The notes under the pieces: model-generated
What the model saw: only the letters and a program-made list of their open reading frames with translations
Told to the model about the DNA's origin: nothing
The model's database searches: none
Position numbers and translations under genes: made by a program
Source of the DNA: Nemertoderma westbladi
Taxonomy: Eukaryota; Animalia; Xenacoelomorpha
Reading direction: 5' to 3'
DNA length: 33,254 nt
Assembly: GCA_032718475.1 (NCBI GenBank)
Contig: JAUCBJ010003325.1
Coordinates: 1-33,254 of the forward strand
Shown: positions 14,001-24,166 of the stretch, piece after piece
Layout of the letters: every line of letters starts with the position of its first letter
Position numbering within the stretch: position 1 is the first letter of the stretch

Positions 14001-17000
14001 AGACCCGAACAATAGACCCACACAGTAGACCCACACAGTAGACCCACAGTAGACCCACACAGTAGACCCACACAGTAGACCCACACAGTAGACCCACACA
14101 GTAGACCCACACAGTAGACCCACACAGTAGACCCACACAGTAGACCCACACAGAGACCCGCACAATAGACCCACACAGTAGACCCACACAGTAGACCCAG
14201 ACAGTAGACCCACACAGTAGACCCACACAGTAGACCCACACAGTAGACCCACACAGTAGACCCACACAGTATACCCACACAGTAGACCCACACAGTAGAC
14301 CCACACAGTAGACCCACACAGTAGACCCGCACAGTAGACCCAGACAGTAGACCCAGACAGTAGACCTAGACCCGCACAGTATACCCAAACAGTAGACCCA
14401 CACAGTAGACCCACACAGTAGACCCACACAGTAGACCCACACAGTAGACCCACACAGTAGACCCGCACAGTAGACCCACACAGTAGACCCACAGTAGACC
14501 CACACAGTAGACCCGCACAGTAGACCCACACAGTAGACCCACACAGTAGACCCACACAGTAGACCCACACAGTAGACCCACACAGTAGACCCACACAGTA
14601 GACCCACACAGTAGACCCGAACAATAGACCCACACAGCAGACCCACACAGTAGACCCACACAGTATACCCACACAGTAGACCCACACAATAGACCCACAC
14701 ATTAGACCCACACAATAGACCCACACAGTAGACCCACACAATAGACCCACACAGTAGACCCACACAGTAGACCCACACAGTAGACCCACACAGTAGACCC
14801 ACACAGTAGACCCACACAGTAGACCCACACAGTAGACCCACACAGTAGACCCACACAGTAGACCCACACAGTATACCCACACAGTAGACCCACACAGTAG
14901 ACCCACACAGTAGACCCGAACAATAGACCCACACAGTAGACCCACACAGTAGACCCACACAGTATACCCACACAGTAGACCCACATAGTAGACCCACACA
15001 GTAGACCCGAACAATAGACCCACACAGTAGACCCACACAGTAGACCCACACAGTAGACCCGCACAGTAGACCCGCACAGTAGACCCAGACAGTAGACCTA
15101 GACCCGCACAGTATACCCACACAGTAGACCCACACAGTAGACCCACACAGTAGACCCACACAGTAGACCCACACAGTAGACCGCACAATAGACCCACACA
15201 GTATACCCACACAGTAGACCCACACAGTAGACCCACACAGTAGACCCACACAGTAGACCCGCACAGTAGACCCACACAGTAGACCCACACAGTATACCCA
15301 CACAGTAGACCCAGACAGTAGACCCGCACAGTAGACCCAGACAGTAGACATAGACCCGCACAGTATACCCACACAGTAGACCCACACAGTATACCCACAC
15401 AATAGACCCACACAGTAGACCTAGACAGTAGACCCGCACAGTAGACCCACACAGTAGACCCACACAGTAGACCCACACAGTAGACCCACACAGTAGACCG
15501 CACAATAGACCCACACAGTATACCCACACAGTAGACCCACACAGTAGACCCACACAGTAGACCGCACAATAGACCCACACAGTATACCCACACAGTAGAC
15601 CCACACAGTAGACCCACACAGTAGACCCACACAGTAGACCCGCACAATAGACCCACACAGTAGACCCGCACAGTAGACCCACACAGTAGACCGCACAATA
15701 GACCCACACAGTATACCCACACAGTAGACCCACACAGTAGACCCACACAGTAGACCCACACAGTAGACCCGCACAGTAGACCCAGACAGTAGACCTAGAC
15801 CCGCACAGTATACCCACACAGTAGACCCACACAGTATACCCACACAATAGACCCACACAGTAGACCCATACAGTAGACCCGCACAGTAGACCCACACAGT
15901 AGACCCACACAGTAGACCCACACAGTAGACCCACACAGTAGACCCACACAGTAGACCCACACAGTAGACCCACACAGTATACCCACACAGTAGACCCACA
16001 CAGTAGACCCGCACAATAGACCCACACAGTAGACCCAGACAGTAGACCCACACAGTAGACCGCACAGTAGACCCACACAGTAGACCCGAACAATAGACCC
16101 ACACAGTAGACCCACAGTAGACCCACACAGTAGACCCACACAGTAGACCCACACAGTAGACCCACACAGTAGACCCACAGTAGACCCACACAGTAGACCC
16201 GCACAGTAGACCCACACAGTAGACCCACACAGTAGACCCACACAGCAGACCCACACAGTAGACCCACACAGTAGACCCACACAGTAGACCCACACAGTAG
16301 ACCGACAGTAGACCCGCACAGTAGACCCGCACGTTAGACCCGCACAGTAGACCCACACAGTAGACCCACACAGTAGACCCACACAGTAGACCCACACAGT
16401 AGACCCACACAGTAGACCCACACAGTAGACCCACACAGTAGACCCACACAGTAGACCCACACAGAGACCCGCACAATAGACCCACACAGTAGACCCATAG
16501 ACCCACACAGTAGACCCACACAGTAGACCCACACAGTAGACCCACACAATAGATCCACACAGTAGACCCACACAGTAGACCCACACAGTAGACCCACACA
16601 GTAGACCCACACAGTAGACCCACACAGTAGACCCACACAGTAGACCCACACAGAGACCCGCACAATAGACCCACACAGTAGACCCACACAATAGACCCAC
16701 ACAATAGACCCAGACAGTAGACCCACACAGTAGACCCACACAGTAGACCCACACAGTAGACCCACACAGTAGACCCACACAGTAGACCCACACAGTAGAC
16801 CCACACAGTAGACCCACACAGTAGACCCACACAGTAGACCCACACAGTAGACCCACACAGAGACCCGCACAATAGACCCACACAATAGACCCACACAGTA
16901 GACCCAGACAGTAGACCCACACAGTAGACCCACACAGTAGACCCACACAGTAGACCCACACAGTTGACCCACACAGTAGACCCACAGTAGACCCACACAG

Positions 17001-20000
17001 TAGACCCGCACAGTAGACCCACACAGTAGACCCACACAGTAGACCCACACAGTAGACCCACACAGTAGACCCACACAGTAGACCCACACAGTAGACCCAC
17101 ACAGTAGACCCGAACAATAGACCCACACAGCAGACCCACACAGTAGACCCACACAGTATACCCACACAGTAGACCCACACAATAGACCCACACATTAGAC
17201 CCACACAATAGACCCACACAGTAGACCCACACAATAGACCCACACAGTAGACCCACACAGTAGACCCACACAGTAGACCCACACAGTAGACCCACACAGT
17301 AGACCCACACAGTAGACCCACACAGTAGACCCACACAGTAGACCCACACAGTAGACCCACACAGTATACCCACACAGTAGACCCACACAGTAGACCCACA
17401 CAGTAGACCCGAACAATAGACCCACACAGTAGACCCACACAGTAGACCCACACAGTATACCCACACAGTAGACCCACATAGTAGACCCACACAGTAGACC
17501 CGAACAATAGACCCACACAGTAGACCCACACAGTAGACCCACACAGTAGACCCGCACAGTAGACCCGCACAGTAGACCCAGACAGTAGACCTAGACCCGC
17601 ACAGTATACCCACACAGTAGACCCACACAGTAGACCCACACAGTAGACCCACACAGTAGACCCACACAGTAGACCGCACAATAGACCCACACAGTATACC
17701 CACACAGTAGACCCACACAGTAGACCCACACAGTAGACCCACACAGTAGACCCGCACAGTAGACCCACACAGTAGACCCACACAGTATACCCACACAGTA
17801 GACCCAGACAGTAGACCCGCACAGTAGACCCAGACAGTAGACATAGACCCGCACAGTATACCCACACAGTAGACCCACACAGTATACCCACACAGTAGAC
17901 CCAGACAGTAGACCCGCACAGTAGACCCAGACAGTAGACCCACACAGTAGACCCACACAGTAGACCCACACAGTAGACCCACACAGTAGACCGCACAATA
18001 GACCCACACAGTATACCCACACAGTAGACCCACACAGTAGACCCACACAGTAGACCCACACAGTAGACCCGCACAGTAGACCCACACAGTAGACCCACAC
18101 AGTATACCCACACAGTAGACCCAGACAGTAGACCCGCACAGTAGACCCAGACAGTAGACATAGACCCGCACAGTATACCCACACAGTAGACCCACACAGT
18201 ATACCCACACAGTAGACCCAGACAGTAGACCCGCACAGTAGACCCAGACAGTAGACATAGACCCGCACAGTATACCCACACAGTAGACCCACACAGTATA
18301 CCCACACAGTAGACCCACACAGTAGACCCACACAGTAGACCCACACAGTAGACCCACACAGTAGACCCACACAGTATACCCACACAATAGACCCACACAG
18401 TAGACCTAGACAGTAGACCCGCACAGTAGACCCACACAGTAGACCCACACAGTAGACCCACACAGTATACCCACACAGTAGACCCACACAGTAGACCCGC
18501 ACAATAGACCCACACAGTAGACCCGCACAGTAGACCCACACAGTAGACCGCACAATAGACCCACACAGTATACCCACACAGTAGACCCACACAGTAGACC
18601 CACACAGTAGACCCACACAGTAGACCCGCACAGTAGACCCAGACAGTAGACCTAGACCCGCACAGTATACCCACACAGTAGACCCACACAGTATACCCAC
18701 ACAATAGACCCACACAGTAGACCCATACAGTAGACCCGCACAGTAGACCCACACAGTAGACCCACACAGTAGACCCACACAGTAGACCCACACAGTAGAC
18801 CCACACAGTAGACCCACACAGTAGACCCACACAGTATACCCACACAGTAGACCCACACAGTAGACCCGCACAATAGACCCACACAGTAGACCCAGACAGT
18901 AGACCCACACAGTAGACCGCACAGTAGACCCACACAGTAGACCCGAACAATAGACCCACACAGTAGACCCACAGTAGACCCACACAGTAGACCCACACAG
19001 TAGACCCACACAGTAGACCCACACAGTAGACCCACAGTAGACCCACACAGTAGACCCGCACAGTAGACCCACACAGTAGACCCACACAGTAGACCCACAC
19101 AGCAGACCCACACAGTAGACCCACACAGTAGACCCACACAGTAGACCCACACAGTAGACCGACAGTAGACCCGCACAGTAGACCCGCACGTTAGACCCGC
19201 ACAGTAGACCCACACAGTAGACCCACACAGTAGACCCACACAGTAGACCCACACAGTAGACCCACACAGTAGACCCACACAGTAGACCCACACAGTAGAC
19301 CCACACAGTAGACCCACACAGAGACCCGCACAATAGACCCACACAGTAGACCCATAGACCCACACAGTAGACCCACACAGTAGACCCACACAGTAGACCC
19401 ACACAATAGATCCACACAGTAGACCCACACAGTAGACCCACACAGTAGACCCACACAGTAGACCCACACAGTAGACCCACACAGTAGACCCACACAGTAG
19501 ACCCACACAGTAGACCCACACAGTAGACCCACACAGTAGACCCACACAGAGACCCGCACAATAGACCCACACAGTAGACCCACACAATAGACCCACACAA
19601 TAGACCCAGACAGTAGACCCACACAGTAGACCCACACAGTAGACCCACACAGTAGACCCACACAGTAGACCCACACAGTAGACCCACACAGTAGACCCAC
19701 ACAGTAGACCCACACAGTAGACCCACACAGTAGACCCACACAGAGACCCGCACAATAGACCCACACAATAGACCCACACAGTAGACCCAGACAGTAGACC
19801 CACACAGTAGACCCACACAGTAGACCCACACAGTAGACCCACACAGTTGACCCACACAGTAGACCCACACAGTAGACCCACACAATAGACCCACACAGTA
19901 GACCCACACAGTAGACCCACACAGTAGACCCACACAGTAGACCCACACAGTAGACCCACACAGTAGACCCACACAGTAGACCCACACAGTAGACCCACAC

Positions 20001-20218
20001 AGTAGACCCACACAGTAGACCCACACAATAGACCCACACAATAGACCCACACAGTAGACCCACACAGTAGACCCACACAGTAGACCCACACAGTAGACCC
20101 ACACAGTAGACCCACACAGTAGACCCACACAGTAGACCCACACAGTAGACCCACACAGAGACCCGCACAATAGACCCACACAGTAGACCCACACAGTAGA
20201 CCCACACAGTAGACCCAC
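8097..20218. repeat. 13-bp satellite array, main block (~930 units)
   Basis: Same AGTAGACCCACAC unit and orientation as the left block; resumes in register after the TSD. Confidence 0.98.
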
Positions 20219-20466
20219 TTTCATGTCCAAATTCAATTATAGACAACCAAGAATCCAACATTATTTTGTGTCGCGCAGTCACAGTAGACCCACACAGTAG
20301 ACCCACACAGTAGACCCACAAAGTAGACCCACACAGTAGACCCACACAGAGACCCGCACAATAGACCCACACAGTAGACCCACACAGTAGACCCACACAG
20401 TAGACCCACTTTCATGTCCAAATTCAATTATAGACAACCAAGAATCCAACATTATTTTGTGTCGCG
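20219..20466. repeat. Duplicated satellite/unique-DNA junction: 57-bp unique segment at 20219-20275 and 20410-20466, separated by ~10 satellite units
   Basis: TTTCATGTCCAAATTCAATTATAGACAACCAAGAATCCAACATTATTTTGTGTCGCG is identical at both sites (191-bp offset). Both are preceded by the same CAGAGACCCGCACAATAG variant. Confidence 0.93.
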
Positions 20467-20531
20467 TTTCGGTCTGACGGTAATGGTATGCCAAAAGGAA
20501 TTTGCACTCCCCATTCTAAAGAGAGAGTTAA

Positions 20532-21049
20532 GGGTCCGTGCACAAAATGATGTCGCGGTCGAGGGGGTGCAATTTTGTGACATGCTATACTTGTGACGTC
20601 ACAATAGCACTTTGGTGAACAAATAAAATACATTTAACAAATACAAAACTTATTACAATAAAATATATTATTTCTATAATAAGAAGTATTAATTCGAACG
20701 ATCTTTGTCTTTTTTTCGCATCTTCGTGCTTAACTCATATTAATTTAATATCCATTTTATGTTTTAAAATCCTTCAGAACTAATAGAAAAATATTATTTT
20801 ATAACATAATATTTATAATACTGATATAAATATATGTTATAATAAAATATTATTAAATATTCCGGTACCATAACTAGTATTAACATAATAATTTCAAATT
20901 TAAGATTTTTTTATTAACTATACTGTCTATCTTTGTGACGTGACGTTCAAGGGGGAGGGGGGGGGGGGGTGTTACAAAATTCGAGACAGATTGTGACAGA
21001 GGGGTCGTAAATCGTCAAAAATAGCGTGACATCATTTTTGTGTCGCCCC
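20532..21049. mobile_element. PIF/Harbinger-like MITE, 518 bp
   Basis: TAA on both flanks (20529-20531, 21050-21052). Imperfect TIRs: GGGTCCGTGCACAAAATGATGTCGCG vs reverse-complemented right end GGGGCGACACAAAAATGATGTCACG. Subterminal GTGAC motifs, a G-run at ~20951-20969, and an AT-rich noncoding interior. Confidence 0.75.
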
Positions 21050-21675
21050 TAATCGTAAAATATATAGAGGCAATATAAAAGCAGTGATTAAATTCGCTAG
21101 AAAACGGTTAATACGCAGATTCTATGGAGTAACGATTTGTGTATCATAGGCCTCGCCTACTGCACAGACAAGGGTCGCATCATTACCGGCCTTATTAAAC
21201 AACAAACCAGGAATTTAATAAACAGATAATAATAATATATTGCAAAAAAATAAGAGAACAATAAAAAAACAATTACTAGCATAGCACAAAGAAAATTTAA
21301 GTTCCTTAGTCAAAGGTGATTATATAAATTATAATAATATACATATAATATATATTGATATAAACTAGACATTGGATCAATGATAGATGACTGGATAACT
21401 TGGAAAATTCATTAAATATTTTAACATAAATATATACATAACTTATAATGATAATAAAACATGATGAGATAGGAACTTCAAATAGATTCTAGAGTGTTTT
21501 CGCCAGAATTTAACAAATATTTTATTTATAATATATCTCATTTCATATCTCTTCTTCCTGTTAAAAAAAATATATTCTTAAAACACAAAAATAATCCGGT
21601 ACTGAAATAAATATTAAATGTATAAACATTAACAAAACAATATACAGAAATTATTGTGATTTTTTGAGTACCAAA

Positions 21676-22959
21676 CTATTTGACGATTGTAACAATATCT
21701 CCACGACTTTCTATAAAGTCGAACAACTCATTGACACCGCAAGCGAACTTACAGCAAATCTGATCTGTGTTGTGCAAGCCGTCCATGTAACACACAACCT
21801 CCCGGGGTATGTTGCTGTGTGTGTCGACATCTTGGGGTAGTGGACTGCCCGGGACTGGAGTGGAGTGTGCGGGACTGCGCGAGACACCGTCGAATAGTAC
21901 CGGACTGTGTGGTACAATCTCCGACAATACAGGACTGTCTGTGGACTCCGGAATATAGACAGGGAAAACATATAACCGACGTATTAAGGAGTTAATGACC
22001 CCGAAATGGACCAGCCGACGAATGTCCACGAATTTACAATATTCCGGGTGTCTGGTGAGAAGGTCCCTGACGCGAGTTCCGTGTCGGAACAGCGAATACA
22101 ACCGGTAGACGCTGTCGATCCCAGGGAGTTTAACATCGGATGCAGCCACGAACTCGAGACAAGATCGTTCGAATTGTTTCTCCTCAATTAATCTATGTAA
22201 CTTCCGTGTTCCCGCGTACATATTCGAGTATTGGAACGCCGATATGATTTTAATTACTCCGTAAAACAATAGGTTTTGAATTAGACCTTTCAGAAGATTT
22301 ACATCAACGCTGGATAAACTCGATATTCTTAGAATGGAATTGTATCCGTCAATAAAAGCGATTACTTTATGCAGCGTTCTGTCGTTTGTGCTCTCAGCAA
22401 ACTCATCTGTATCCACTATAAACACAGGCACCTCCCACTCTTCCACTAACGGAGGGTCTTTCAGTAAAGGCAACATTTTAAGATTGATTGTCACGGATTC
22501 TGTTACAGGTACGTAACATGATTCCCGGTCCCCCAGCTGACAAAACATTTCTTTAAGTAGATTGGGTACACTGGGTAGGCCTAGTTTTTCTTTTCTTTTT
22601 GAGAGATACCCGTATTCCAGTTCCAACGTTCGGAAATACCACGCCAGTTTCCTACAGATGGGCTCGCACTTCGAGCTGAGACCCTCAACTCTGCAAACCA
22701 TCACGATGTTGAATATTAAAAAATTCCGTTGGTATTTTTGATCCTCGATGTAGACGGGGCATGATAGATACTTTGACCCATCCGTCTCAAAGGCAATAAA
22801 TCGATCTTGTAATTCCTGTTTAGGAATTATGTAGCTGGATATTATGTCGAATTTCTCTTTACTTACGAAATTGTCCGGATATTGGAACGCTATTTTTGGC
22901 CCTTTTTGACTTTCGAATTCGCATACCATCAAGCACTGTAAATTATCTTTAGTTTTCAT
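21676..22959 (-). CDS. NPRL2: GATOR1 complex subunit NPRL2 (nitrogen permease regulator 2-like), 427 aa, single coding exon
   Basis: First ATG at 22959 (the track's 23004 start is GTG). LMVCEFESQKGPKIAFQYPDNFVSKEKFDIISSYIIPKQELQ...CPVYIEDQKYQRNFLIFN matches the NPRL2 longin domain (human [24 protein letters not shown]...CPVCIEHKKYSRNALLFN), including the Arg finger. Also FQYSNMY, DIRRLVHFGVINSLIRR, and C-terminal DGLHNTDQICCK...DIVTIVK*. Confidence 0.96.
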   Translation of the reverse strand: MKTKDNLQCLMVCEFESQKGPKIAFQYPDNFVSKEKFDIISSYIIPKQELQDRFIAFETDGSKYLSCPVYIEDQKYQRNFLIFNIVMVCRVEGLSSKCEPICRKLAWYFRTLELEYGYLSKRKEKLGLPSVPNLLKEMFCQLGDRESCYVPVTESVTINLKMLPLLKDPPLVEEWEVPVFIVDTDEFAESTNDRTLHKVIAFIDGYNSILRISSLSSVDVNLLKGLIQNLLFYGVIKIISAFQYSNMYAGTRKLHRLIEEKQFERSCLEFVAASDVKLPGIDSVYRLYSLFRHGTRVRDLLTRHPEYCKFVDIRRLVHFGVINSLIRRLYVFPVYIPESTDSPVLSEIVPHSPVLFDGVSRSPAHSTPVPGSPLPQDVDTHSNIPREVVCYMDGLHNTDQICCKFACGVNELFDFIESRGDIVTIVK

Positions 22960-23613
22960 GCTTGTCACTAGAGCTGTGCTAGACTGTTTTTGTTGTTGAC
23001 GCACTTATCAGCTTTGCCAGCTTAAATATAGGCAGATAGGCCCTGCCCTGCCCTACAGCCCTACCCTAATGTTATTGTTTTTATCAACAATTCGAACTCC
23101 AAAACGACTGCTGGACTGTGTATGGCGATGCCACGAGCTTGCGATCAGGCGATTACAGGATTAGCCGATGTGGTCCAACTAACTGACTAAATGAGAATGT
23201 ATGAGTTGGCTTCGATCTGTCGATGTGTCAGTGTGTTGCTGAATTGTGTCCAGTATTACCATACATATTTCCTCATGATGATACTGGGATACTGGCCTAC
23301 TCACAGCTGTACTTCCACAGATTGACCGATACCAGATACAAAACCCATGCCAGTACAGCAGTATGCCAGTATGCCACACCAGCACACAGCTACTACTGTA
23401 CTAACAACTAACATCATTACCTACCTACTGACCTAGAGTACAGTCAGAAAGTACTGAGTAGGCCTAAAGTTTCAAGTTTATTTAATGACGCATTAAAACA
23501 TATTATGTATAAGGTAAATGTACGTTCACACACTGTAGTTAGTTAGCTAAGATAATATTTATACACCATTATTTTGAGATATTAATCAAACCACCCCAAC
23601 CACCCTACACAGA

Positions 23614-23850
23614 AGAATAGCAAAATCACATTAAAATATATTATGCACAGTGTCTAAAAACGCAGTAATGTAGATTGGCAGTAAAAGCGTACAAATACAG
23701 CAAAAAGCACAGCAAAATATATTATGTACAGTATATTGTCTACAAATTAGCAATACATTTGCAACATGGAGAATAACAAAAATCACATTAAAATATATTA
23801 TATTATATTCAGTAAATACTCTAAAAACACAGCAATACATTTTGCAACAT
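23614..23850. repeat. Degenerate AT-rich direct repeats
   Basis: AGAATA(G/A)CAAAATCACATTAAAATATATTAT at ~23614 and ~23770; AGCAATACATTT(T)GCAACAT at ~23749 and ~23831; AAAATATATTATG(C/T)ACAGT recurs. Confidence 0.5.
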
Positions 23851-24166
23851 TGTGGTGATGTTAAGAGTATAACGTAGTAATAACGTACATTATTAATAAT
23901 AGTTGATTGCAAAAATACGGATAGTGAATGCCAAGTAAAACTTTGTCTATTGATGAAATATTGAAAGAAATGTGATAGAGACTGGCATCGTATTCAAATA
24001 CAAACAAAACTAAATAAAATTGTATTATTAAAGGTGGTGATTTGCATCATACAGTACACGGTAAGGGAAGTGGATACACAAATAAAAAATATTAAAATAA
24101 AAGTAATGTCTAAGATGAATGTAGCTGATTTATCTACAGTGTTGGTCAGTTAGTGTTCTTATTCTG

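Noticed and set aside
1443-20494. Dozens of long minus-strand ORFs encoding (GSTVWVYCVGLLC)n
   Set aside because: All three frames give the same peptide because a 13-nt unit without stops is repeated. Indels switch frames freely, starts are mostly GTG, and there is no unique domain.
22960-23004. N-terminal extension of NPRL2 from the ORF track start
   Set aside because: The start is GTG. Homology begins just after the ATG at 22959.
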